64,000 nucleotides of DNA from Nitrospinaceae bacterium (GCA_965223665.1 OZ245011.1:4032001-4096000), one strand, 5' to 3'; counted from the first letter of the stretch, positions 28,482-39,625 are shown. Program-made: numbers and translations. Notes: a model not told the origin generated them from the letters alone.

Positions 28482-30648
28482 TTGTTTTTGATAGAGTTTC
28501 TTCCAAGTATTCTAAAATTTCTTTTTCTGATAATGGTTTACAGAAAAGAAACCCCTGCGCTTCGTTACATTCTAAGTTTATCAAAAATTTCTTTTGTTCT
28601 TCTGATTCGACCCCCTCAGCAATTGTTTTTAATTTTAGGCTTTGAGCTAAAGCAACGATTGCCCGTGTAATGGCGGAATTTTTAGGAAGAGAGTATTCCT
28701 GAATGAATGTCTTATCAATTTTTAAAAAGTCTATAGGTAAATTTTTTAAATAATTTAAAGAAGAGTACCCTGTTCCAAAATCGTCAATAGCTATTTTTAT
28801 TCCCAGTTCCTTAAGTTTATTTAAATTAGAAATTGCCAGTTTCGTATCCCTCATTAAAATACTTTCCGTAATTTCAATTTCCATATACTCTGGTGATAAA
28901 CTTTCTTTAGCCAGCATTTCTTCAATTTTTTGAATTAAAAGAGGGTGGTTAAATTGCAGTGCCGAGAGGTTAATGGCTATGGGGATCAAAGGCCATCCTT
29001 TTTCTTTCCAAACTCTAGACTGTCGGCATGCCTTTTCTATCATCCAATAACCTATTTCAATAATTAGTCGAGTTTCCTCTGCAATAGTTATATATTGATC
29101 TGGCATCACAAAACCCAACTCTGGATTTTCCCACCTTAATAAAGCTTCTAATCCTGCTACTTGACCTGTAGTTAAATTTATTTTTGGCTGATAAAATAAG
29201 TCAAATTCATCATTATCAAGGCCTTTACGAAGATTACGCTCTATGCACAATCTCTCCATTGCTCTATTATTCATCGAGGAAGTGTAGAGTTCGAAGGTGT
29301 TTTTTCCCTTCTCTTTCGCTCGGTACATCGCTAAATCGGAATTTTTAAGTAAAGTTTTTATTTCTGTTCCATCTGTAGGAAAAATTGCGATTCCTATGCT
29401 GCACCGGATATAAAGATCATGCCCTTCAATTCTAATGGGAGGTCCTAAGGTTTCTAAAATTTTTTGCGCTAATTTGGCAGCATCATTGGTTTTTTTTAAG
29501 TGAGGAATTAAAATAATGAACTCGTCTCCTCCCATTCTTGCAACTGTATCCTCTTTCCTCAGCAGGTCCCGGAGACGATGAGCCACCAATTGTAAAAGCT
29601 GGTCTCCTGCTTCATGACCTAAAGTATCATTAATTGTTTTAAAGTTATCTAAGTCTAAAAACATAATAGCTACTTGCTCATTATTTCTAATGGCATGTGC
29701 CAAAGCCACTGCTAACCTGTCATTTAGGAGATTTCGGTTCGGAAGTCCTGTTAGGGAATCAAAATAAGCCATTTGTCTAATGGTTTCTTCCATTTGCTTC
29801 CGTTCGGTAATATCTTCTACCCAAATCATTGCTTCGTTTTGCTTGGATTCATTATGAATTTTTTGAATTTTACAGTCGGCAGGAAAGCTGCTTCCATCTT
29901 TTCTTCGCAATATTGCTTCAAAGCCAACAATAGTACGGGTTTCTTTAGCTAGAGAATCCAGACTTTGCCTTAGAATTTCTTTTGTTAAATTAATAGATAA
30001 ATCCAATAGGGTCATTTTTTTAAATTCCTCGGGGTCATAACCCAGTTCTTGGCATGCAAAGGAATTTACTTTTACAAATTGAAAATTCTCTGTTTTAAAT
30101 ATAAAAACTTCCCGATTAAATTCTTTACTTCCTAAGGAAGTAAAATCGTTATTATTTTCATTGACTGAGTTTAGGTAACTGTCATTGGTTACAAGTTTTG
30201 AGGATATTTTTCTTGATCTTGCAGACAAGGTTTTCATAATAGCCAGTAATGCCTTTGGCTGAACTGTAAAATATTCTTGGAATTGGTTTTCATTGATTTC
30301 CATTAAAAGGGAAGGGACTAAAGTGCGCGCACTTGCAGTTCGAGGCAAAGATTCTATTAAAGACATTTCACCAAAAAAATCTCCGGGTTGCATAGTAGTT
30401 AGAGATTTATCATTTTGATGTATTAGAATTTCTCCTTGCAATACAATGTACATAGTTTTTCCCAAGTCCCCTTCCTTGAAAATTACTATTCCCTCCTCCA
30501 GGGGAGTTAATTTGCTTTCTTGAGTCAGTCTTTCAAGTGTGGACTCGTGAAAAAACCTTAAAAAGTCGATCTTTCTTAAAATTTCCATGATTTGGCTGGA
30601 ATCAATGAATGAAGCCAAAGGAAGACTATGATTATTGGGGATATTCAA
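28459..30648 (-). CDS. cNMP-binding/PAS/GGDEF/EAL c-di-GMP signalling protein
   Basis: FGEMSLI..PRTASA (cNMP), PAS, D.LTGLPNR, GGDEF, EALLR, DDFGTGYSS. Confidence 0.95.
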   Translation of the reverse strand: MNIPNNHSLPLASFIDSSQIMEILRKIDFLRFFHESTLERLTQESKLTPLEEGIVIFKEGDLGKTMYIVLQGEILIHQNDKSLTTMQPGDFFGEMSLIESLPRTASARTLVPSLLMEINENQFQEYFTVQPKALLAIMKTLSARSRKISSKLVTNDSYLNSVNENNNDFTSLGSKEFNREVFIFKTENFQFVKVNSFACQELGYDPEEFKKMTLLDLSINLTKEILRQSLDSLAKETRTIVGFEAILRRKDGSSFPADCKIQKIHNESKQNEAMIWVEDITERKQMEETIRQMAYFDSLTGLPNRNLLNDRLAVALAHAIRNNEQVAIMFLDLDNFKTINDTLGHEAGDQLLQLVAHRLRDLLRKEDTVARMGGDEFIILIPHLKKTNDAAKLAQKILETLGPPIRIEGHDLYIRCSIGIAIFPTDGTEIKTLLKNSDLAMYRAKEKGKNTFELYTSSMNNRAMERLCIERNLRKGLDNDEFDLFYQPKINLTTGQVAGLEALLRWENPELGFVMPDQYITIAEETRLIIEIGYWMIEKACRQSRVWKEKGWPLIPIAINLSALQFNHPLLIQKIEEMLAKESLSPEYMEIEITESILMRDTKLAISNLNKLKELGIKIAIDDFGTGYSSLNYLKNLPIDFLKIDKTFIQEYSLPKNSAITRAIVALAQSLKLKTIAEGVESEEQKKFLINLECNEAQGFLFCKPLSEKEILEYLEETLSKTIKKSIYE

Positions 30649-30814
30649 CTTTTTGCCTCTGAAAGTGATATTATATTAATTGTAAAGGTAAAACTAATAC
30701 TTTGCTAGTTAAACCTTGCCGAACTTACATTAGTTTAAAGTTGATATATTTGAGGGTAGGGGGAGCAAAATCAGCTAAGTTTGCTTCATTAGTTAGTTAT
30801 TATAGCTTGGATTC

Positions 30815-30898
30815 AATTGAAGGGAACCCGCCAGGAAATTTAGTTTAAATAAACTAAATTTATCTATGGAGGTTCAAACCTGGCAGGTTTCCCCAATT
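30815..30898. other. Structured intergenic element (nested stem-loop); candidate sRNA or UTR
   Basis: Outer stem gggaacccgccagg/cctggcaggtttccc enclosing the perfect inner hairpin aaatttagttta-aa-taaactaaattt. Confidence 0.55.
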
Positions 30899-31013
30899 AA
30901 ACAAGAGATTTTCTTTAAAAAGATACGATTTTAAAGATTTTATTCCTTAAAGAAGGAAACTTTTGGAAAAGTGATTTTGATTTTTGGATTAAAGTTAGAG
31001 GAGTTTAAAAGGT

Positions 31014-31988
31014 TTATTGGGAAAACTGCTTTTCATAAGAGTCATCAGAGTGTTGGTTCAGGTAGGCCACAAGTTGAGTTCTTGAATTGACTCCTAATTT
31101 TTTGTGAATTTTTTTTAGGTGAGTTTTGACGGTATGGGTACTAATAAAAAGTCTTTCCGCTATTTCTTGCCTTCCCAAACCATCATGAATAAGACAACAA
31201 ATTTCCATTTCCCTCCAAGTAAGCCCCGCTTTTTGGATTAACATATTGGACTTTGTAAAAGGGTCTGAAGCTGGGTGTATTCTTAATAGCCACATTCTTT
31301 CGATATCTGGATGTTTGTTCTCAAGTTCAAAATAAACTAATTTAAAATTTCCCTTTGGCAAGGAAAGGAAAGATATCTCTGTGCCTGGGTTTTCATCATT
31401 TTCTGATGGCATTGGTGCCGCATTAGTATTGATAACTTTAGATAAACTTTCAGGCAGCAATTCATTGTCAGATGTTTGAAACAAATCGCGGAAAGATCGA
31501 TTGCACGATGCAATTAACATATCCTTATTTACAATTGCAATAGCTGCTGGTGATTTCATTAAAGTTGTGATTGTTGCTTTTGATTTGGCTAGCTCTTCGG
31601 CCAGCATAAGTGATTTTATTTTTTGCATGATGTGGGGGTAAACCCACTCATGGACGGCTTGATTTTTTAAAGACAGAGGTTTATTTTGTTCGTTCTTGGT
31701 AAGCATTAATTTGGCAAGGGTATCTTTTTGAAAGTATTTGTATATTAAATCTCGATCTTCTTTGGTAATCCCTGGGCAATCTAAAAGTGGGGCTTCAAAG
31801 TTTTTGGCACCTCTTGGATCAAAATAATTAAAACCATCCTCCATTAGAGGAATGACGTACTCTCTTATGGCAGATTGCAAAGCCTCTCTATGGGTACATT
31901 GACTGATTAAGTTTAAAGCTTGCAATACCTTGAAAAATTCTTTTTCGTTGACCGTTGCCGTAACCAATATATTCCTCGCAAAAATCAA
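31014..31988 (-). CDS. LuxR-family HTH regulator with a PAS-like region
   Basis: GLTWREMEI..G..EIAERLFISTHTVKTHLKKIHKKLGV. Confidence 0.9.
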   Translation of the reverse strand: MIFARNILVTATVNEKEFFKVLQALNLISQCTHREALQSAIREYVIPLMEDGFNYFDPRGAKNFEAPLLDCPGITKEDRDLIYKYFQKDTLAKLMLTKNEQNKPLSLKNQAVHEWVYPHIMQKIKSLMLAEELAKSKATITTLMKSPAAIAIVNKDMLIASCNRSFRDLFQTSDNELLPESLSKVINTNAAPMPSENDENPGTEISFLSLPKGNFKLVYFELENKHPDIERMWLLRIHPASDPFTKSNMLIQKAGLTWREMEICCLIHDGLGRQEIAERLFISTHTVKTHLKKIHKKLGVNSRTQLVAYLNQHSDDSYEKQFSQ

Positions 31989-32157
31989 TTAAACTGGATT
32001 TAATCGTGAATAGTAATTTAATAACGATTTTATGTCAAAAAAGATTGAGATTAACTAAAAAAGTATATTCTAATTCAATAAGGCGGATTATGTCCAGATT
32101 TCTCTGGGGAAATTTAAATTAATATTGACATAAAGTGAGCTTTGGAAAAGGAAGATC

Positions 32158-32538
32158 ATGCAAAAGCTTAAATTTGCCAAAATCTGGTTAGTTATAGGCT
32201 ATATTGGAGTCAGTTTAGCCATATTCGCCTCCTTAATCCCCCCTCCTGACTTTTTGGAAGAACATTTTCTTTATCAAGATAAGCTACTTCATATGGGAAC
32301 TTATGCCATATTAATGGGATGGTTTACTCAAATATATGAGTCAAAAAATTACTTTATTATTGGAATTGGGTTTATTTTACTGGGAGTTTTTTTAGAAGTT
32401 ATGCAGAATTTTACCTATTACCGAACTATGGATTTAGGAGACATCTTGGCAAATTGTGTTGGGGTTTTTTTAAGTTGGTTTATTGCTAAACTTATTAACC
32501 AAAGCTTATTTGTAATTATAGAAGAAAAATTCTTTTAA
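32158..32538 (+). CDS. VanZ-family membrane protein
   Basis: DKLLH...Y, E..Q..R..D..AN..G. Confidence 0.9.
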   Translation: MQKLKFAKIWLVIGYIGVSLAIFASLIPPPDFLEEHFLYQDKLLHMGTYAILMGWFTQIYESKNYFIIGIGFILLGVFLEVMQNFTYYRTMDLGDILANCVGVFLSWFIAKLINQSLFVIIEEKFF

Positions 32539-32581
32539 TATTTGTTGAGATGTAAAGAAATTATAAATACTAGCTTTATTA

Positions 32582-33652
32582 TTAAGCTCCTACTAGTTTA
32601 AGCTCTTTTCGACTTAAGTTTACATTTAGGTTTGTTAAGTCATTTTCCATCATCATTTCTACTAAGTTTTTAAACGAGGTCTTTGGTTTCCAACCTAATT
32701 TTTTTTGTGCTTTCTCAGGATTTCCAATCAAGGTTTCTACCTCAGAAGGTCGGAAATATTTCGGATCAATATCTACGAAAACCTTTCCGGAAGATTTTTC
32801 GATCCCTTTTTCATTGATTCCTTCTCCTTCCCAAACCAAGTCTATTCCACAATAATTGCAAGCCAATTCAACAAACTCCCTTACGGAATGTTGCTCCCCA
32901 GTGGCAATTACATAATCATCTGGATTATCTTGTTGCAAAATCAGCCACATGGCTTCAACGTAGTCTTTAGCAAATCCCCAGTCACGTTTAGCATTTAGGT
33001 TGCCAAGTCTCAATTTTTCCAGGGACCCATTTAAAATTTGAGCTAATGAAAGGGTAATTTTACGGGTGACAAAGTTCTCCCCTCTTCGAGGAGACTCATG
33101 GTTAAAAAGAATCCCGTTGCAGGCAAACATGTCATAAGCTTCACGATAATTTACCGTAATCCAGTAAGCATATAACTTTGCAACTCCATAAGGACTTCGG
33201 GGATAAAATGGAGTATTTTCTGTTTGAGGAATTTCTACCACTTTTCCATAAAGTTCACTGGTTGAAGCCTGATAAATTCTGGTCATTTTTTCCATATTAT
33301 TCGATTTTATGGTATCTAATAATCGAAGTGCGCCCAAACCGTCTACATCGCCAGTGTATTCTGGAGTACTGAAACTTACCCCTACATGACTTTGAGCAGC
33401 CAGGTTGTAAATTTCATCTGGATTTACCTGAGTAACAATTTTATTTAAGCTGGATGAATCGGTGAGATCTCCGTAATGTAATTGAAGACCATTTGGGGAT
33501 CTTGTTTTTTTTCTAAGGTGTTCAATGCGACTTCTGTTAAAGCTGCTGGATCGGCGAACAATGCCATGGACTTCATAGTTTTTTTCTAATAAAAGCTCTG
33601 CCAAATAGGATCCATCTTGGCCAGTGATTCCAGTAATTAATGCTTTTTTCAT
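32582..33652 (-). CDS. gmd: GDP-mannose 4,6-dehydratase
   Basis: [45 protein letters not shown]. Confidence 0.97.
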   Translation of the reverse strand: MKKALITGITGQDGSYLAELLLEKNYEVHGIVRRSSSFNRSRIEHLRKKTRSPNGLQLHYGDLTDSSSLNKIVTQVNPDEIYNLAAQSHVGVSFSTPEYTGDVDGLGALRLLDTIKSNNMEKMTRIYQASTSELYGKVVEIPQTENTPFYPRSPYGVAKLYAYWITVNYREAYDMFACNGILFNHESPRRGENFVTRKITLSLAQILNGSLEKLRLGNLNAKRDWGFAKDYVEAMWLILQQDNPDDYVIATGEQHSVREFVELACNYCGIDLVWEGEGINEKGIEKSSGKVFVDIDPKYFRPSEVETLIGNPEKAQKKLGWKPKTSFKNLVEMMMENDLTNLNVNLSRKELKLVGA

Positions 33653-33697
33653 GATTAGTTTTCTCCTAATTCTTTAAAAGAATCCTTACTAAAATGA

Positions 33698-34681
33698 TTA
33701 AGGCAAGTGGCTCAAATAATCAAGATCAGATTTAACCATTTCTGCAACCAATTGTTGAAATGGCTTTTGAGGCTTCCAGTTAAGTAATTTTTTGGCTTTG
33801 GCATTGTTGCCGATTAGGGGGACTTTTTCTTTAGGACGAAAAAATTTAGGATCAATGATCAAATATTTTTTATAGTCTAAATCTAGTTCCTCAAAGGCGA
33901 TTTCTAGGAATTCCTTAACAGAATGGGCTTGCCCAGTAGAAATAACAAAATTTTTCGGACTGTCAGTTTGGAGGCAAGCATGCATGGCTTTTACAAAATC
34001 ACCAGCAAAACCCCAATCCCTGACGGAGTCAATATTCCCTAACTTTATTTCATTTTCAATTCCAAGCTTTATTTTAGCGGCGGTATATGAAATTTTTCGA
34101 GTAACAAATCTTTGCCCTCGTCTGGGAGATTCATGATTAAATAGAATTCCAGTGGATGCAAAAACATTCTTATGATTTCTAAAAAACTTAATTAACTCCT
34201 CCCCAATTACTTTAGAAACGCCATATAAAGAACGAGGTCGAAAGTGTGTCCTTTCATCTTGAGGTGTTTTTTCAACCTCTCCAAACATTTCGGACGACCC
34301 TGCAAAAAAACATCGGCACTCAGGTGAAAAAAGATTGATTGAATGTAAAATGTTATGGGTACTGTTTACATTAAAATCAATCAATTCATCAGAATTTTCA
34401 GGGGCAGTTCCCACAAAACTATTTGCTGCCAGGTGATAACATTCATTTGGCCGAAGCCCTTCTACAAGCTTGGATAAAGTTTTTAAATTTCTTAAATCCA
34501 CTTCATGAAAAGTTATTTGATTTGATACATTCTCAATCCTCCAAAAGGGTTTTTTAGAGTAATCTTTTTGATTTGGACGGATTATTCCATGGACTTCGTA
34601 CCCTAAATCTAAAAGGTATTCTGTCAAATAACTTCCGTCCTGGCCGGTAATCCCCGTAATTAGCGCCTTAGGATTTTTCAT
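33698..34681 (-). CDS. gmd: Second, divergent GDP-sugar 4,6-dehydratase (Gmd paralog)
   Basis: [36 protein letters not shown]. Confidence 0.88.
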   Translation of the reverse strand: MKNPKALITGITGQDGSYLTEYLLDLGYEVHGIIRPNQKDYSKKPFWRIENVSNQITFHEVDLRNLKTLSKLVEGLRPNECYHLAANSFVGTAPENSDELIDFNVNSTHNILHSINLFSPECRCFFAGSSEMFGEVEKTPQDERTHFRPRSLYGVSKVIGEELIKFFRNHKNVFASTGILFNHESPRRGQRFVTRKISYTAAKIKLGIENEIKLGNIDSVRDWGFAGDFVKAMHACLQTDSPKNFVISTGQAHSVKEFLEIAFEELDLDYKKYLIIDPKFFRPKEKVPLIGNNAKAKKLLNWKPQKPFQQLVAEMVKSDLDYLSHLP

Positions 34682-36385
34682 TTATTCATTGGTGAGAGCT
34701 AATGAAGTTAATTGTGGTTTTTCGGTAATTTCAGGCGATAGGGTTGAAGTTTTTTTGCAAACAAATAATTGAACATCTCCAAAACTAAAAGGAATCATAC
34801 AATTTTTTAGAAAAGTTTTCGAAATTAATCGATGTAATTGTTTAGCTAATGGAATTCCTAAGGCCGAAAGTTTTTCAAAAAAGTAAGCTAACGTAATGAT
34901 ATGAGTATAGTTTTGTTGATGAATAAGATCAAAACCTGTTTTTTGAAGGATCTGTTTTATAGATTTTTGTGTAAAGTAATACAAGTGCATGTCCATAATC
35001 CAAGGCCACTTATCTTTTAAAATTCTTGGGTACCATCTATCGATGCATATTGTTGAAAAAAGAAAGATTCCATTGGGATTTAATCTGGAATGAATTTGGT
35101 TCAGGTCGTCTATGGGATGAACTAAATGTTCTAAAACATCCCACATGCTTATAACGTCAAAAGACCCAGTTTCCACAGGTAAATCATAAATAGTCCCCTG
35201 GATGGTATTTTCTTCCATTACTTCACAAGCATATTTGCTTGCCCACTTCGAAGGTTCTAAACCCAAAGAGTTTAGTCCAAATTCTTTGGCTACTTTTAAG
35301 GACACTCCACAATAAGACCCTACGTCTAAATGTCTGCCCTTTGATGGAAGGTATTTCTCAATTTTTTTAAAGTTATGACGAAAAGTTTGAAATCGGGCCT
35401 CAATGTTTTGAATATAACTTTCATCTTCAACTTCCTTATATAGATCAAGGATGTCTTTGGGATTATGTCGGGTTTCATTAAAAATAAGTCCGCACTCTAA
35501 ACATTTTATTATTTGCCCATGAACCCCGTGTCCCATACTGGTGCATTGATAGACTTTGGAATCGTTCTCAGTAGATTCTTTTCTGGGATATAGCTCTAAT
35601 TGAAAAAGTGAATGGCAATTTTCACAAGGAATTATTTTTGCTATCGGTTTATAAGGTTGAGTCGGTTTTTTGTAGGGGTATATCATTAATCTTTTAAAAG
35701 CAAGTCTAAAAAGCCTGTAAATGGCCTTTATAATTTCGCGTTTAGAAATTTTTGAGCTACCTGCTCGCCGATCTTCGAAGTAAATAGGAAACTCTTTTAT
35801 TTTGTTTGTGTCCTTTTTAACAAAATACATGCATTCCATGAAAAAGGAATATCCATCGGATTTGATATTATCAATTTTTATTTTTTCTAAAAGATTTTTT
35901 GAAAAACCTCTAAATGAAGTGGTTGTTTCATAGGTGGGAATTCCTAATAGAATTCTTGCCATATAGTTTGCAGTTTTGCTTACTACAGTCCTAATGAATC
36001 CATAATCGCAATGACCACCCTTAATATAACGAGATCCAATTACGAAATCGTTTTCTTTTAAACTTTTAAAAAGTTCGGGTAAATATTTGGGGTGATGAGA
36101 AAAATCGGCGTCCATGGTGATTAGATAATCATAGTCATGAATTAAAGCATATTTAATTGCCAGAATATGTGCCGTTCCTAAACCAAGTTTATCAGGACGA
36201 TGAACAACATTTAGATGTTTGTTATTTTTTCTAAGGCGATCTAAAAGAGTGCCTGTTCCATCTGGGGAATTATCGTCGACAATTAATATGTCTTGTCCAG
36301 GGAGATATCTTGAAACTTCCAGTATGAAGTTTTCAACATTGTCTATCTCATTATATGTGGCGGTGAATACCAATACTTTGGCCAT
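34682..36385 (-). CDS. Fusion of a polyprenol-phosphate glycosyltransferase (DPM1/Ppm1-like GT2) and a SAM methyltransferase
   Basis: TYNE, VDDNSPDGT, KLGLG, MDADFSH; then CENC..CLEC, LDVGSYCG, WDVLEHL. Confidence 0.88.
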   Translation of the reverse strand: MAKVLVFTATYNEIDNVENFILEVSRYLPGQDILIVDDNSPDGTGTLLDRLRKNNKHLNVVHRPDKLGLGTAHILAIKYALIHDYDYLITMDADFSHHPKYLPELFKSLKENDFVIGSRYIKGGHCDYGFIRTVVSKTANYMARILLGIPTYETTTSFRGFSKNLLEKIKIDNIKSDGYSFFMECMYFVKKDTNKIKEFPIYFEDRRAGSSKISKREIIKAIYRLFRLAFKRLMIYPYKKPTQPYKPIAKIIPCENCHSLFQLELYPRKESTENDSKVYQCTSMGHGVHGQIIKCLECGLIFNETRHNPKDILDLYKEVEDESYIQNIEARFQTFRHNFKKIEKYLPSKGRHLDVGSYCGVSLKVAKEFGLNSLGLEPSKWASKYACEVMEENTIQGTIYDLPVETGSFDVISMWDVLEHLVHPIDDLNQIHSRLNPNGIFLFSTICIDRWYPRILKDKWPWIMDMHLYYFTQKSIKQILQKTGFDLIHQQNYTHIITLAYFFEKLSALGIPLAKQLHRLISKTFLKNCMIPFSFGDVQLFVCKKTSTLSPEITEKPQLTSLALTNE

Positions 36386-36549
36386 AATTTTGATCTTTTT
36401 TTGGAATTGCTATCAAGAATTTTCTAAGGAAAACCCAATTAAACCTCTTGATAATAAGATAAGGCCTTTGATTCATTTGGGCAAAAAAGAATTGAAAGGG
36501 AAATAAAATCTCTTTCAATAATTCTGTTTTGGTAATTTGGGGAATTAAC

Positions 36550-37464
36550 TTAAGGTCTTTCCGAATGAACACATGAAAGGAATGCGTCAGCCCAAACAGG
36601 TAGTGAAATCCCGAATGTTTTTCTAATTTTTTCATTAGAAAGAATTGAATTTTTGGGTCTTTGAGCAGGAGTAGGGAATTCGGAAGTTGGTATGGGAGTA
36701 ACTAACGGAGGGCTGTCCAAATTTAAATTATTAATGATGATCTTGGCAAACTCATACCAGTTTGATTTTCCGGAACAACTTAGGTTATAGATCCCTGAGT
36801 ATTTATTTATCTCAGTATTGTTTTCAGGTGAATTGTTACCTAAAGCCTGTTTTAAAACCTGAACTGTTGCATTTGCAATTGATTGCGACCAAGTGGGAGT
36901 ACCAATTTGGTCGTTTACAACTTTGATTTCTTTTTTTTCTTTTGCCAATCTAGTCATTGTGGTTAAAAAGTTTTTACCAGAACGATTATAAACCCAGGTC
37001 GTTCTTAAAATAATAAAGGGAACGCCTGAATCTAAAATATTTTGATCACCCTTCGCCTTGGACTTTCCATACATATTAATTGGGTTTATAGAGTCATTCT
37101 CATTATAGGGAGCTGCTTTATTTCCATCGAAAACATAATCCGTTGAATAATGGATAAGGGCAGCATTGATTTTTTTTGCCTGCTCGGCAAGAATTCCTGG
37201 TGCAGTGCCATTGATTGCCATAGCTAAGTGGGTTTCTTCTTCGGCTTTATCTACAGCGGTATAAGCAGCCGCATTTATTATGAGATTAGGTCTGATGCTA
37301 TTAACCATTTTCACGATTTGGTCCGGATGAGATAAGTCACAATCTGCCTGATCGAATTGAAAAGTTTTCCCCAAAATGGGGAGTAATGGGGCTAAGTCGC
37401 TTCCGATTTGACCGTTACTTCCTATTAGAAGAATTTTTCTTTGTGAGTTTGAGAGGTCAGGCAT
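36550..37464 (-). CDS. rmlD: dTDP-4-dehydrorhamnose reductase
   Basis: GSNGQIG, AAYTAVDKAE, STDYVFDG, YGKSK, DQIGTPT. Confidence 0.96.
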   Translation of the reverse strand: MPDLSNSQRKILLIGSNGQIGSDLAPLLPILGKTFQFDQADCDLSHPDQIVKMVNSIRPNLIINAAAYTAVDKAEEETHLAMAINGTAPGILAEQAKKINAALIHYSTDYVFDGNKAAPYNENDSINPINMYGKSKAKGDQNILDSGVPFIILRTTWVYNRSGKNFLTTMTRLAKEKKEIKVVNDQIGTPTWSQSIANATVQVLKQALGNNSPENNTEINKYSGIYNLSCSGKSNWYEFAKIIINNLNLDSPPLVTPIPTSEFPTPAQRPKNSILSNEKIRKTFGISLPVWADAFLSCVHSERP

Positions 37465-37488
37465 AACTTTAAGTTTCGTAGGAAGTGT

Positions 37489-38376
37489 TTAGAAAAAAGG
37501 TCTGTCGCCATGAATTAAGTTCAAAAGATATTGGCCATAACCATTTTTTTGTAGAGATGAAGCGAGTTTTTCCAACTGATTGCAATTAATCCACCCTAAA
37601 TTAAATGCAATTTCTTCAGGGCAAGCTATTTTTAAACCTTGCCGTCTTTCAATAGTTTCAACAAAATTCGTGGCTTCTAATAAGGCTTCATGAGAGCCAG
37701 TATCTAACCAAGCAAAGCCGCGTCCCATAATTTCTACAGACAATTGTTTTTGATCTAGATAGATTTTGTTTACATCGGTGATTTCGAGTTCCCCTCGAGA
37801 AGACGGTTTAAGGTTTTCTGCAATTTCAATTACTTGATTGTCGTAAAAATATAACCCTGTGACTGCATAATTTGAACGCGGGTGATTTGGTTTTTCTTCA
37901 ATGCTAATTGCCTTTCCATTAGAGTCAAATTCTACTACTCCATAATCTGCTGGATTTTTGACCCAGTACCCGAAAACAGTGGCTCCATTTTCTCGGTCTC
38001 TTGCATTTTTAAGCAGGTCTTCTAAACCTTGCCCGAAAAAAATATTGTCTCCTAAAATAAGACAGCAATCATCATTTCCTATAAAATCTTTGCCAATGAT
38101 AAATGCTTGAGCCAATCCTTCAGGCTTAGGTTGAATGGCAAACTGAATGGAGATACCCCATTGGTTTCCATCCTTTAATAAATGTTGGAATGCGGGTTTG
38201 TCCTGTGGAGTGGTTATTATAAGAATATCTTGGATGCCCGCCTGCATAAGGGTTGAAAGAGGATAATAAATCATAGGTTTGTCGTACAAAGGCATTAACT
38301 GTTTGCTAACCGCCAATGTTAAAGGGTAGAGTCTTGTTCCAGATCCTCCCGCAAGAATTATTCCTTTATTGATCAT
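37489..38376 (-). CDS. rmlA: Glucose-1-phosphate thymidylyltransferase
   Basis: [39 protein letters not shown]. Confidence 0.97.
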   Translation of the reverse strand: MINKGIILAGGSGTRLYPLTLAVSKQLMPLYDKPMIYYPLSTLMQAGIQDILIITTPQDKPAFQHLLKDGNQWGISIQFAIQPKPEGLAQAFIIGKDFIGNDDCCLILGDNIFFGQGLEDLLKNARDRENGATVFGYWVKNPADYGVVEFDSNGKAISIEEKPNHPRSNYAVTGLYFYDNQVIEIAENLKPSSRGELEITDVNKIYLDQKQLSVEIMGRGFAWLDTGSHEALLEATNFVETIERRQGLKIACPEEIAFNLGWINCNQLEKLASSLQKNGYGQYLLNLIHGDRPFF

Positions 38377-38383
38377 AGTGGTT

Positions 38384-39451
38384 TCACCTGTTGGATTCTG
38401 TTAAGCCCAACCGTTCTCCTCGATAAGCCCCTGACGTTACTTTTTGGACCCAATCATCATTGTCTAAATACCATTGAACAGTTTTTCTTATTCCACTTTC
38501 AAAAGTTTCATTAGGTTTCCAACCTAACTCTTGGGAGATTTTAGTAGCATCTATTGCATATCTTCGATCATGGCCCGGCCTATCTGGGACATAAGTTATA
38601 AGAGATGAATGCGGTTTATGGGGAGAGTCTGGAACCAGTTCATCCAGAAGAGAACAAATTGTATTTACTACCTCTAAGTTTGTTTTTTCATTATTTCCGC
38701 CAATATTATAAACTTCTCCTGGTTTGCCATTGGTTAATACACACTGAATGGCCCGACAATGATCTTCAACATAAAGCCAATCACGAACTTGCAGCCCATC
38801 TCCATAGATAGGAAGATTTTCACCAGCTAAAGCTTTTTGTATAATTAAAGGGATAAGTTTTTCAGGAAAATGATAAGGCCCGTAATTATTTGAACAATTG
38901 GTAGTCAAGACAGGTAATTGGTAAGTATGGAAATAGGCGCGAACCAAATGGTCTCCTCCTGCTTTAGAAGCTGAGTAAGGGGAATTTGGGGCATACGCTG
39001 TTGTTTCTGTGAAATATCCGGTTGAATCCAGTGTTCCATAAACCTCATCGGTAGAAACATGCAAAAACCGAAACATTTTTTTTGGAGATTCTTCAAGGGT
39101 AGACCAATAGCTTCTAGCAGCTTCCAACAATTCAAAAGTACCGACTACATTGGTGTGAATAAAATTGGCAGGTGAATCAATGGAGCGATCTACATGGGAT
39201 TCTGCAGCAAAATTGACCACAGCGATAGGTTGGTGCTCATCAAATAATTTTTGGATTAATTTGCGGTCTCGAATATTCCCATGGACGAACATATGATTTG
39301 GATGGTTTTTGATGGAGGCTAGGGTATTTAAATTTCCTGCATAAGTGAGGGCGTCTAAATTGATTACCTTTATGTCATTTTGATTCATTAGATTTAATAC
39401 GAAGTTTCCGCCAATGAATCCAGCCCCGCCGGTAATTAGATAAGTTTTCAT
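38384..39451 (-). CDS. rmlB: dTDP-glucose 4,6-dehydratase
   Basis: [34 protein letters not shown]. Confidence 0.97.
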   Translation of the reverse strand: MKTYLITGGAGFIGGNFVLNLMNQNDIKVINLDALTYAGNLNTLASIKNHPNHMFVHGNIRDRKLIQKLFDEHQPIAVVNFAAESHVDRSIDSPANFIHTNVVGTFELLEAARSYWSTLEESPKKMFRFLHVSTDEVYGTLDSTGYFTETTAYAPNSPYSASKAGGDHLVRAYFHTYQLPVLTTNCSNNYGPYHFPEKLIPLIIQKALAGENLPIYGDGLQVRDWLYVEDHCRAIQCVLTNGKPGEVYNIGGNNEKTNLEVVNTICSLLDELVPDSPHKPHSSLITYVPDRPGHDRRYAIDATKISQELGWKPNETFESGIRKTVQWYLDNDDWVQKVTSGAYRGERLGLTESNR

Positions 39452-39625
39452 TTTAATAAAGAGTTGCTGTTGGGTGGTTTTTAAATTTGGTTTGGAGCGA
39501 TTTGAGTAAGAAAGAAATTTGTACCTATTAAAATGTTAACATGTTAATAAGGCTCCCCCAAGTTGTAAATTTATTAATTTGTACTAGAATTGGCCATAGA
39601 TAAATTATTTTTAGGAGACGAAAGT

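Noticed and set aside
36351-36635. 94-aa minus-strand ORF between rmlD and the GT2-MTase gene
   Set aside because: Overlaps both neighbours, shows no family motifs and is not RmlC-like
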